Part shown: positions 9,311-18,277 of the stretch, in pieces | Numbering within the stretch: position 1 is the first letter of the stretch | Layout: each line of letters opens with the position of its first letter | Origin: a virus | Lineage: Duplodnaviria; Caudoviricetes | Virus record (IMG/VR): IMGVR_UViG_3300020050_009955 | Coordinates: 1-64,000 of that record | Reading direction: 5' to 3' (one strand) | DNA length: 64,000 bases | Position numbers and translations under genes: made by a program | The notes under the pieces: model-generated | The model's input: only the letters and a program-made list of their open reading frames with translations | Databases searched by the model: none | What the model was told of the DNA's origin: nothing

Positions 9311-10447
9311 ATGAGTATAGATTCATTAGAAGCGCTAATAGCAAATAGCGATAACAATTATTTCGTTGATGATGATTTTGTTCCACCTGGAATAGAACCA
9401 GATCCAAATCCCAATGAACCCGCAGAAACGGAAGATCCTGATCCAGGGTCAGAACCTGGAACAAACCCAGCTGTTCCACCGACTGATGAACCATTAGACG
9501 ACCCTGACCCGGATCCGGCAAACCCTGATCCAGAGCCAGAGCCTAGCACAGACCCTAAGGAAACCCCAGAAGGTATAAAAGAATATTATGATTTCTTAGT
9601 AGAGAATAATATGCTTCAACCTGATGAAGGTTACACTTTTGATGGAACTGCTAAATCTTTATCTACGGCTTTAGAACAAACTAACGTTAATATGCAAAAG
9701 GCTGTTGCGATGAGTTTGTGGGAACAACTTCCAGAGGATTTTAAACCTTTACTACAATACGGACTTTCAGGAGGAACTAATGTAGATGAGTTTTTAAAGA
9801 CATATAGAAATGGTCCTATAGATATCGCAGATGCTGATTTGGATGATCCTGATACACAAGACTATATCTTGCGGGAATATTACAAGCAGACAACGTCACA
9901 TTCAGACGAAAAAATTGATAAGTTGATTACTCTGTTAAAGAACAAAGGAGATGTGGAATATACTTCCGAAGTATACGATGCTGCTCTAGAACTTAAAGAT
10001 ATACAGAAATCACAAAGAGAAGAATTAACAAGACAAGCCATTCTACAAAAGCAAGAGAATGAAGCTAAAGCTAAACAAGAGAAAGAAGAACTATTTAATA
10101 TAATAGATGATCTTAATTTAGCTCCACAACGTAAAGGAATGATTAAATCATTCATTTATTCTTCACAAAATTCTCCATCTAGAATGGACTCAACAATACA
10201 ATCTATCATAAATAATAAAGAGCACTTTGCACAACTAGCAGATCTCTTATTAGATTACGATCCTAAAACAGGATTTAAAATTGAAGATAGATTTACGAAA
10301 AAAGGAAAAACAACGGCCCTGAATGATTTAGAGAAAAGACTTAGTGATAAGTTTTCTGATTCAAAAACGAAAGTTACAGGTTCGAATTCCACGTCAGAAA
10401 AACCAAACTTTGACTGGAACGTTATCTTTTCACAACAATCCGAATAA
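9311..10447 (+). CDS. Putative capsid scaffolding protein
   Basis: Acidic Pro/Asp/Glu-rich N-terminus (DPDPDPANPDPEPEP) followed by coiled coils. Lies between portal and MCP. Confidence 0.75.
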   Translation: MSIDSLEALIANSDNNYFVDDDFVPPGIEPDPNPNEPAETEDPDPGSEPGTNPAVPPTDEPLDDPDPDPANPDPEPEPSTDPKETPEGIKEYYDFLVENNMLQPDEGYTFDGTAKSLSTALEQTNVNMQKAVAMSLWEQLPEDFKPLLQYGLSGGTNVDEFLKTYRNGPIDIADADLDDPDTQDYILREYYKQTTSHSDEKIDKLITLLKNKGDVEYTSEVYDAALELKDIQKSQREELTRQAILQKQENEAKAKQEKEELFNIIDDLNLAPQRKGMIKSFIYSSQNSPSRMDSTIQSIINNKEHFAQLADLLLDYDPKTGFKIEDRFTKKGKTTALNDLEKRLSDKFSDSKTKVTGSNSTSEKPNFDWNVIFSQQSE

Positions 10448-10474
10448 TTAATTATTTTATAAAAACGAAATTAT

Positions 10475-11980
10475 ATGGCAAATACCGCAGGAAGTTCGAT
10501 GATCATCAAGCATTACGACGGATTTGGAGGTAATTTCATTGACTCTCAATATTTAGGAGCATCTTATGATGGTGTAGGTAAACCTCACGTATTCCAAGAT
10601 ACCCTAATGAGAATCTTCTCATCACAGAATAGATTTATCACTAATGGTGGTAAACTTCTGATTGGTATGACAGGTGCGAAAGGCCCTATCAATACCATGG
10701 AGATAGATACTGAAATCTACAGATGGTACCTACAAGGTGCTGATTATAGAACGGCGAGAGTAATTGAAAACCCTGAATCTTCTAATACAGTGCTTGGTAT
10801 CAACAACACAGTATTCAGACTAAAATTAGATTTAGATTATTACGCAGAACCAGATGTTCTATTAGCAGAAAATAACAACTACGCTCTTGAAGTAATAGGA
10901 GATCCTATTCAAGAAGGAAATGGTTATGTTTATTCATTCCGTCTTCAAGGAGACGATATGTCACAATACCTTCCAAGCTACTTGGTAGATCCAGGAAGAG
11001 AGCTTTCTAAAGGATGGACTTCAGTTCAGTCTGAGTACAATGAGAAATTCGGTACTCAACAATACCCATCTTCAATGCAACTTGAACACCAAATTTCTTA
11101 CTTTGCTGAGAAACAAACTGTTACAGACAAAGCTTGGAGAAATCAAGGTAGACTTGGAGTAAAATTCCTTTACAAAGATCCTATGTCTGGCGCAGACAAA
11201 TCAGTTGAAAAATTCCTTCCATACGCTGAAGCAGTAATGCAAGATCAGTTCCACATGGACATGGAAGTTCAAATGATGTTTGGTAAGAAACAAACTAGAG
11301 CTGGACATAAAGGTTACTGGAAGAAAACTGGTAACGGTGTAAGAGAGCAACTAAAAGATAGCTGGATAGATATCTATTCATCTGCTTTAACTGTTACTCG
11401 TCTTAAAGATTACCTATTAAACATCTTCTTTGCAAGAGTAAATGAAGGAGATCGTAAAATGGTGGCTATGACTGGAACTTATGGTTCACTTCAATTCCAC
11501 AACATGCTTGCTTCTGTAGCTAGCTCATTCTTGACTGTAGACACTATGTTTACTCAGATGCTATCTAAAGATCCTAGACACTTATCATTTGGTGCTCAGT
11601 TCACTCACTACCAAGGTCCTGAAGGAATCGAGGTGACTTTAGTGAAGAACCCAATGTACGATAATCGTCAGTATTGTAAGCAAACACACCCACAATACTC
11701 TAACATCCCTGTAGATTCATTCCGTTATACATTCCTTGATTTTGGAGGAGCTGGTACATCTGAAAAAGGTGGAGCTATCAACAATATCATGATGTTGAAA
11801 GAAAAAGATTCTTACGCATGGGGTTATGTTCATGGTACACACACTCCAACAGGTCCTGTTAAAGGTGGAGTAGCTGGTGGTCTTATCGCTGGTTATGATA
11901 TCTTTATGCAAGGTTCTGCAGGTGTATGGATCAAAGACGTTACACGTTGTGGTGAGCTCGTCCTGGACTTTCAAAGCTAA
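10475..11980 (+). CDS. Major capsid protein. Unspliced form ends ELVLDFQS; spliced form join(10475..11953,12803..12829) ends ELIYDSQS
   Basis: About 500 aa with crAss MCP-like motifs (YRWYL, GNGVREQL, TGTYG, FGAQFTHY, NPMYD, FLDFG, DVTRCGEL) and the expected synteny. Confidence 0.9.
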   Translation: MANTAGSSMIIKHYDGFGGNFIDSQYLGASYDGVGKPHVFQDTLMRIFSSQNRFITNGGKLLIGMTGAKGPINTMEIDTEIYRWYLQGADYRTARVIENPESSNTVLGINNTVFRLKLDLDYYAEPDVLLAENNNYALEVIGDPIQEGNGYVYSFRLQGDDMSQYLPSYLVDPGRELSKGWTSVQSEYNEKFGTQQYPSSMQLEHQISYFAEKQTVTDKAWRNQGRLGVKFLYKDPMSGADKSVEKFLPYAEAVMQDQFHMDMEVQMMFGKKQTRAGHKGYWKKTGNGVREQLKDSWIDIYSSALTVTRLKDYLLNIFFARVNEGDRKMVAMTGTYGSLQFHNMLASVASSFLTVDTMFTQMLSKDPRHLSFGAQFTHYQGPEGIEVTLVKNPMYDNRQYCKQTHPQYSNIPVDSFRYTFLDFGGAGTSEKGGAINNIMMLKEKDSYAWGYVHGTHTPTGPVKGGVAGGLIAGYDIFMQGSAGVWIKDVTRCGELVLDFQS

Positions 11981-12802
11981 ATTAATCAATAATTATGAAA
12001 ATTTCTAAAAACTTTGTATCTTCTAATAAATTTGAAATTCTTGAAAAAGAATGGAAAGATGTACAAATAAATAATTTTACAATTATATCTATACCTGGAT
12101 TTATAAGTCGTGCTGATAACGATTCTTCAGCAACTCCTGCAGTACATATAAAGTGTACTTGTGGAAAAGAGCTTATAACAAGTTTTTATAGAGTAAAAAA
12201 TGGTAAAACAATTTCTTGTGGCTGTCACAATTCAAACTATAAAGAAGGAGATAAAGCAAATGCTTATGATTTAATGAATAGATATAGGTATTCTGCAAAG
12301 AAAAGAAATTTTTCATTTGATTTAGAATTTAATGATTTCTATAATATTATAAAACAAAATTGTCATTACTGTAACGTAGAGCCTAAACAATCTAGAATTG
12401 TTAAAGGTTGCAAAGAGACGGTAATTTACAATGGTATAGATAGAGTAGATTCTAAAGAAGGTTATAAGATATCTAATTGTGTAGCTTGTTGTTTTACATG
12501 CAACAGAGCCAAATCAGATATGTCTTATGATCAATTTATTGAGTATTTAAATAGAGTGTCTATTTATTCGCCTCAACTAAAAAATCGGGATGTAACGGTG
12601 AAGCCTAAAGACTTAATTGGATATGGTAATACCGTGAGTACTACAGACGAAGTAGTATTTGTAGAGCATAGTAACTGCGCGTTAAATCGAAGCAATAACG
12701 TTACCACGAGCTCCCGAAACAGCTATTGCTGTTAAAATATATGCCGAACTTATAAGAAATTATAAGAAGTAGAAGATAAAAAACTTTTACGATAACAAAA
12801 TG
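11954..12802 (+). mobile_element. Group I self-splicing intron with homing endonuclease in the P1 loop
   Basis: 5' exon ends in U (11953) and the intron ends in G (12802). P1: GUUGUGGU/GAG pairs with IGS UUCGCCUCAAC (12567-12577) with U.G at the splice site. P3: UCGGGA 12585-12590 with UCCCGA 12712-12717. P4: ACGGUG with UACCGU. P6: GAGUACUAC with GUAGUAUUU. P7: GAGCAUA 12664-12670 with UAUGCC 12740-12745, bulged A. P8: AACAGC with GCUGUU. P9: CUUAUAA-GAAA-UUAUAAG. The 3' exon is in frame. Confidence 0.88.
11995..12735 (+). CDS. Intron-encoded HNH-type homing endonuclease
   Basis: KCTCG...SCGC Zn motif and CHYC...NGIDRVDS..GY...NCVACCFTCNRAKS nuclease motif. The last ~55 codons run through the ribozyme core. 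Confidence 0.88.
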   Translation: MKISKNFVSSNKFEILEKEWKDVQINNFTIISIPGFISRADNDSSATPAVHIKCTCGKELITSFYRVKNGKTISCGCHNSNYKEGDKANAYDLMNRYRYSAKKRNFSFDLEFNDFYNIIKQNCHYCNVEPKQSRIVKGCKETVIYNGIDRVDSKEGYKISNCVACCFTCNRAKSDMSYDQFIEYLNRVSIYSPQLKNRDVTVKPKDLIGYGNTVSTTDEVVFVEHSNCALNRSNNVTTSSRNSYCC

Positions 12803-12829
12803 GAGTTAATCTACGATTCTCAATCTTAA
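12803..12829 (+). CDS. MCP exon 2 (ELIYDSQS-stop)
   Basis: GAG TTA ATC TAC GAT TCT CAA TCT TAA follows the terminal G, in frame with exon 1. Confidence 0.8.
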   Translation, partial: ELIYDSQS

Positions 12830-12971
12830 GAAATTCGTTAGTGGTGAGTTATTTATAACTCAAAATTCTATAGCTCAAATACCCTTTCCTATCTCGAGCT
12901 TGAAAAAGGACTGTGGGACGTTATACTAAGTAACGTTAAATAAAGGAATACTAGGCGCAAAAAATAATAAT

Positions 12972-13943
12972 ATGTTAGTATATGTAATGTCGATCCCTAG
13001 ACCGACAGCAACAAATGTAAGTGAGCTTGTTAACGGCAGCTCAGGTAAAAAATTGAACAAAACTAAAATGGGATCTTGTACAGATAGAATCTCAGCATTG
13101 TATTCTCCTAAAGTTGGAGGACTTGCTAATGGACTATCTTACAAACCATGGATAGAAGATGGTACTCAAAAAATAGATGAACTCACTAAAAAACCCCTTA
13201 CTCTACAAGATAAGATGGAAAGAAAGTGGGGACTAGAGCCAGGCTTTCTAACCAATAAAGCCTGGATGAATGGCGACTCTTTAGATGAAGAGAAAATGAC
13301 CTACTATCAAAAGAAATATTGGTCTTTGAATGACGGTTCTACAGTGTTTGATACATCTAATATGGATGAAGAATTAGGTTACTATATGTTGCTAGATTCA
13401 AAACTAGTAGCAAATTCTGAGAAAGAATGGAGAGATCATAAATGGCCAGACGCTAAATTCTACATCTCACTGGAGAATGAAGAAGATGAATTAAAAGCAT
13501 CTAAAGCGAGATCTAAAGCAGCAGCTAAGGCTCTAATTGTAAATCCAGATTTCTCACTTAATATGCAACAAAAATTTGTACATATCTTAGGATTAGCACA
13601 AACAACTGTATCTCTAACTCCAGATGCTATATTCAATGTTCTAGATAACTACATAGATTCTACAACATTTACACCTGGATCAAACATTGAGAAATTTAAT
13701 GAGCTTGCTGAGAATCTTAAAACTCCACATGGACGTGAAAGAATTGAAGCTAGACATCTTCTAAAAAGAGCATTAGACTCTAGGATAATATTCGAAAAAC
13801 AAGGTGGTTATTTCTGGCCAAGACCAGAAGGTCAAATCACACTTGGAGAAAATTACTCCGAAGCTATTGAATATCTACTAGATCCTAAAAAAGAGGTAAT
13901 GGTAGAAGACATGCATGCGGAACTAAAATTAAAAGGGTTTTAA
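12972..13943 (+). CDS. Conserved crAss-like capsid-module protein
   Basis: 323 aa directly after MCP, with KLVANS...FYI..E..E and LGEN..EAIEYL..PK features. Confidence 0.65.
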   Translation: MLVYVMSIPRPTATNVSELVNGSSGKKLNKTKMGSCTDRISALYSPKVGGLANGLSYKPWIEDGTQKIDELTKKPLTLQDKMERKWGLEPGFLTNKAWMNGDSLDEEKMTYYQKKYWSLNDGSTVFDTSNMDEELGYYMLLDSKLVANSEKEWRDHKWPDAKFYISLENEEDELKASKARSKAAAKALIVNPDFSLNMQQKFVHILGLAQTTVSLTPDAIFNVLDNYIDSTTFTPGSNIEKFNELAENLKTPHGRERIEARHLLKRALDSRIIFEKQGGYFWPRPEGQITLGENYSEAIEYLLDPKKEVMVEDMHAELKLKGF

Positions 13944-13957
13944 CTTAATACAATAAA

Positions 13958-14683
13958 ATGACAGTAGAAGAATTACATTTTCAATTTATTTTAGCTAAGG
14001 ATAGCGTAGATGCGTTGTCGCATCATACATTCAATCGTGCACAGATTGATTGGCTTCTTAACGATGCCCAGTTGCGAGTCATTAGGGCAAAGACTTCTGG
14101 TGAGAACGAAAAGCTTCTGGGTTACGAAATGACTCAAAAGTTGGCCGACGAATTCTCTACTCTGCATATTAAGTATCCATTACAACCCGCAGTACAACTT
14201 GTTGATCATGGTGGGGTCTATGAACTAGATCTCACCAAGCTCAAGTTTAAGTATTTAAGACTAATGAATGGAGAAGTGGAGGTCACTATTGATCCCGACT
14301 GTAAAAAGTACGTACCTTTAAAGTTCACGCAATCAGATGATATCAAAATTGCATTTAGGGATCCATTTAATTCTCCATCAACAGAGTTTATCCCATATAA
14401 TATTGGGAGAAGTGCTGATGGTTCCGCATCGTCTTCTTTATACATATATCCAGGAACTTATACCGCTACTAACGCAAAAATAGAATACTTAAAGTATCCT
14501 TCCAAAATATCCTTCGGTGACTACAAATATATAGATGGGGTAATATATCCTAAATCTACATCTGAGTTACCAGAAGAGATGCATCATAAGATAGTTGACA
14601 AAGCAGTTGAATTAGCATCCGTGTACATCATGGATCCAAATACCACAGCCTTCCATCAACTAGCTTATTCATTCGATTCTTAA
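13958..14683 (+). CDS. Tail ring / head-tail adaptor protein
   Basis: MT..E.H..F...D, IDWLLNDAQ, YLKYP and ELPEEMHHKIVDKAV motifs typical of crAss ring proteins. Confidence 0.75.
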   Translation: MTVEELHFQFILAKDSVDALSHHTFNRAQIDWLLNDAQLRVIRAKTSGENEKLLGYEMTQKLADEFSTLHIKYPLQPAVQLVDHGGVYELDLTKLKFKYLRLMNGEVEVTIDPDCKKYVPLKFTQSDDIKIAFRDPFNSPSTEFIPYNIGRSADGSASSSLYIYPGTYTATNAKIEYLKYPSKISFGDYKYIDGVIYPKSTSELPEEMHHKIVDKAVELASVYIMDPNTTAFHQLAYSFDS

Positions 14684-14709
14684 TCAAATAAAATTTAAAT
14701 TATAAAATT

Positions 14710-16080
14710 ATGTTTTCAAGACAAGGTAATAAAAGAGCTGTCGAAACATTTCTAGTATCTAAAGCTTCTGTTGCTTTATTCAACACTGGTTCACCAGATA
14801 CTAATATCACAGACCTTACAGGTGGTACTGTTCCTAAAGGAACTACTCTTCTTGCTGATGGACAACTTGGTATTTTCAACGCTTCAGGTTATGGAACTGA
14901 GACAATCAATACTTCAATTGATGCTACTCCATCTAAAGCAGAAAATCCAATAGTTTATATAGCAGCTGGTCTTCCTAAAGACGCTACAACTAATACAGGC
15001 GTAAACATGCCTTATCCTCTATGGAAAAGACCATTTGAGAGAAGTGGAGATATTAATAGCGACAATTGGATTTCAGCTACTTATCAAGCATACACAGCTC
15101 CAGCATATTCTGCATGGACAGTAGGAGCCCCTATCGCGGGTGCTGGCGCAGTTAATATTTTAGACGAACAAGAATACAGCATTCAAATTGCTGAGTTCGG
15201 TTATGCTAACGACATTTTCTATTCATCTTCTGCAACTAACGTTATAGCTGGAAGTTATGTAACTCCTAACTATACTGCACTAGGTACAACTAATCCAGTA
15301 GATCATCTTCTACAAAACCTGGCTTATGAATTCAACAGAAATTCAAGACATCTAGGTATCTACAATAACAACGTATTTCATGGTAACTCTAATGTAGTTG
15401 CATTTGGTATTGGTACTTCAGCAGCAGCTGGTTCACAAATATCTGCTTTAACAGTAGGTAATGTGTACACTATTGTAGCTAATGTGAATGTAGGAGGTCA
15501 AATAGTAATGACTCAAGCTATCAAAGATGCTCTAATTGCAGGTAGAATTGCTGGAGGATTTGCTGGTACAGCTGAATTAATTCCTATTGATTTATCTACT
15601 GCTGGTACAGCTGCTCTTAACGCAGGTGTAGAAGCTATCGTGTTTGTTTCTTTGGATAGAAATCCTGCATACATTGATAGAATTCCTTTCCTAAAATCTA
15701 CTATCAGAGCAGGTTTGACTAGAGGTTTTGACTATGCTACAGTTAACTCTGTAAAAGCTCAAGACGTTCACGAAGGACAAGGAACTGTTAGATTGCTAGA
15801 AGATCAATACAGAAAAACTCATTCACAAAGATTGTACAATCTTAATCATACTGAATTTCCTATCATAGAATTCCCTACACCTTTTGTAGCTGGAACTAAC
15901 TATGATCAGTTTGTTATTCATCATGTTGATACTAATCAAATAGATACTACTAATCTTTCTGAATCACCTCTTAAAACTATCGTTGCAATCCCTAACGGAG
16001 ATGCAGTAGTTGGTACATTCACAACTTTATTTAACGCTTGGTTAACTGCAGTTGGTAAAACTAACATTGAGGTAGTTTAA
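14710..16080 (+). CDS. Structural protein (auxiliary capsid protein-like)
   Basis: 456 aa, Ala/Gly/Thr-rich, GQG...Y motif near the C-terminus. Third gene after MCP and followed by a terminator. Confidence 0.6.
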   Translation: MFSRQGNKRAVETFLVSKASVALFNTGSPDTNITDLTGGTVPKGTTLLADGQLGIFNASGYGTETINTSIDATPSKAENPIVYIAAGLPKDATTNTGVNMPYPLWKRPFERSGDINSDNWISATYQAYTAPAYSAWTVGAPIAGAGAVNILDEQEYSIQIAEFGYANDIFYSSSATNVIAGSYVTPNYTALGTTNPVDHLLQNLAYEFNRNSRHLGIYNNNVFHGNSNVVAFGIGTSAAAGSQISALTVGNVYTIVANVNVGGQIVMTQAIKDALIAGRIAGGFAGTAELIPIDLSTAGTAALNAGVEAIVFVSLDRNPAYIDRIPFLKSTIRAGLTRGFDYATVNSVKAQDVHEGQGTVRLLEDQYRKTHSQRLYNLNHTEFPIIEFPTPFVAGTNYDQFVIHHVDTNQIDTTNLSESPLKTIVAIPNGDAVVGTFTTLFNAWLTAVGKTNIEVV

Positions 16081-16158
16081 AACTCATGCTAAATGGTCGC
16101 CCGTGAATAAGCCTATTGCGCAATTGACTAGTTGTTTATTGGTTTTCTCGAGTGCATT

Positions 16159-16187
16159 CTGGGGTAGGTCCGTCTACCCCAGCTTTT
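16159..16187 (+). terminator. Intrinsic terminator
   Basis: CTGGGGTAGG-TCCG-TCTACCCCAG stem-loop followed by CTTTT. Confidence 0.7.
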
Positions 16188-16235
16188 AGCATACTTAATT
16201 TACAAAAAAAAATATAAAAACATAATACAAAAATA

Positions 16236-18260
16236 ATGAGCTCTTATTACAATCAAGGTGTTCAAGTTATTATCGGCAACGGTCAAAACTTTCCAGGAAC
16301 CCCACGGATCTCACTAATCCCTTTCATCCAGAATGCGTATGATAAGGGACTTTTAAATTTTACGGTATTACCTCCCGGATCCATATCCTTAGCTGAGATA
16401 CAAGACATCTCTACAGCTAAGATATTAGGAAGGTCTACAGCAGGCTCTGGAGTAATAGAGCAAATCAGTATTGGAACAGGTTTATCTTTATCAGGCGGTA
16501 CTTTATCTTCAACTGTAACTGCTACTCCTGGTGGTTCAGATACCCAAATACAATACAATAATGCAGGAGTATTTGGTGGTAGTTCTCAGTTAATATTTAA
16601 CGGGGGAGCAACTAATACCTTAGATATTACTGGTAGTGGAAACAACTCTTCCACAAATTCTTTTAGAATTCGTAATTCTGATCTAACACAAATATTAAGT
16701 TTACAGAATAATGGTGAATTAAATATCAGGGATAAGATTACTATTGGATATGGAGGAAGTCATTTTAACGAACTTAGAGGGGGTCCTGTATTTCAAATAG
16801 TAAATTCAACAAGTGGGGGAGCTTTAACTACAGATGGTATTACAATGGATACTACGCATAATGTAGGTATAAGTAATACTGGGGCAATAAGCGCAAGACT
16901 TGACATTCAAGGCAGTGGCGCAACAAGTGCTACAAATGCTTTGAGGGTTAGGAATAGTGCGGGAACTCAATTACTAGCTGTACGAAATGACGGAAATGTC
17001 GCATATACTAATGCGTCTGTTACAAGTAGTTCTGCAAATGATGGGATATTGGGTATTACGGGTTTCACCCATACTGCCAATTCAGGCTCAACAAATGCAC
17101 TTTGGGGGTTAAACATTGACGGAACACAAGTTTTTAATACTGCAAACCAAACAAGTGGGGGGTTAAGGATAAAATTGTCTAATAATGCTACATCATCACA
17201 ATATAATACACCTTTGTATATAGAGTCAAATGCGGCTGCTGATGCAGTAAATTTTATTAAAAATACATCTTCAACGGGTGGTAGTTCTATAAGGCTAATA
17301 AGTGGTTCAGCAGAAACGTCAATGACATTAATACAGTCTCCAAATACAAATCCATCATCTATTTCGGAGGGTAATGGTATAACAATAAGAACGGCTTCAA
17401 CGTCTTCATCATTAGGGGTTAGGAGTAATGCGTTGACATTAACAAATAGCACAACTTCAGGTAATCCGCAAAGTGTTAACTGCACATTCTTTATAATGGA
17501 TAAACGTATTGGAGTTGGACAATATGCACCTAATACACCTAACGCTACTTTAGATATCAAAGGTGAAGGTGCGACAAGTTCAACTAACGCTTTATACATT
17601 AGAAACAGTGCGAATACTAACTTTTTAACTGTTAGAGATGATGGATTTGTAAATATTCTTACTAACACAGAAGTATCAAAACCAAGTGTTCTACTAAGCG
17701 GTACAGGCTACAGCGGTGGCACATCAACAACGACAAAACCAACGTTTTTAATCGAACCAACTGGGACGACTTCAACGGGATGGAATACGTCAGGCACTAA
17801 GTTTGGTATTAATGCTGAGAGTGGGTTCACTGGGATGTATTTGGATTTACAGTTGAATGGTAGTTCTCAGACATCTTTTGTAGGACAGAGTATATTATTT
17901 AACAATATTACAGGCATTAAAAACGTAATTGGAACAGGGCTTGAAATAGGGCAGGTTGCAAGTACTGGTGGTTCAGGATTTGACATTAAATTTGTTGACG
18001 GCAACGGTGCAAATAGATACGCAAAGTTCACAGCTACCGGTTCGATAATAGGCACTTCTAATAACCCGTCAAAACAAACAAATGCACACTTCCAATTAGA
18101 TAACACCGCTAAAGGTTTTCTTCCACCACGCCTTACAACCGCTCAAAGAGATGCGGTCAGTTGGGTTGCAGGTGATGCAGGGATGATGATATTCAATACA
18201 ACGTTAGTTAAGCTTCAAGTATGGAATGGAGCAGCATGGGAAACAATAACTAGTGTATAA
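16236..18260 (+). CDS. Fibre / receptor-binding protein
   Basis: Gly/Ser/Thr/Asn-rich, PGGSDTQIQYNN.G motif, three LDI.G.G..S.TN...IRNS.....L....DG repeats, C-terminal KGFLPPRLTTAQRD...GMMIFNTT...WNG..W module. Confidence 0.75.
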   Translation: MSSYYNQGVQVIIGNGQNFPGTPRISLIPFIQNAYDKGLLNFTVLPPGSISLAEIQDISTAKILGRSTAGSGVIEQISIGTGLSLSGGTLSSTVTATPGGSDTQIQYNNAGVFGGSSQLIFNGGATNTLDITGSGNNSSTNSFRIRNSDLTQILSLQNNGELNIRDKITIGYGGSHFNELRGGPVFQIVNSTSGGALTTDGITMDTTHNVGISNTGAISARLDIQGSGATSATNALRVRNSAGTQLLAVRNDGNVAYTNASVTSSSANDGILGITGFTHTANSGSTNALWGLNIDGTQVFNTANQTSGGLRIKLSNNATSSQYNTPLYIESNAAADAVNFIKNTSSTGGSSIRLISGSAETSMTLIQSPNTNPSSISEGNGITIRTASTSSSLGVRSNALTLTNSTTSGNPQSVNCTFFIMDKRIGVGQYAPNTPNATLDIKGEGATSSTNALYIRNSANTNFLTVRDDGFVNILTNTEVSKPSVLLSGTGYSGGTSTTTKPTFLIEPTGTTSTGWNTSGTKFGINAESGFTGMYLDLQLNGSSQTSFVGQSILFNNITGIKNVIGTGLEIGQVASTGGSGFDIKFVDGNGANRYAKFTATGSIIGTSNNPSKQTNAHFQLDNTAKGFLPPRLTTAQRDAVSWVAGDAGMMIFNTTLVKLQVWNGAAWETITSV

Positions 18261-18277
18261 TAATAAAAATAAAAATA

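Noticed and set aside
9380-9570. Repeat-like GATCC/GAACC runs as a CRISPR array or DNA tandem repeat
   Set aside because: They encode the Asp/Glu-Pro low-complexity linker of the scaffold. There is no constant repeat-spacer period.
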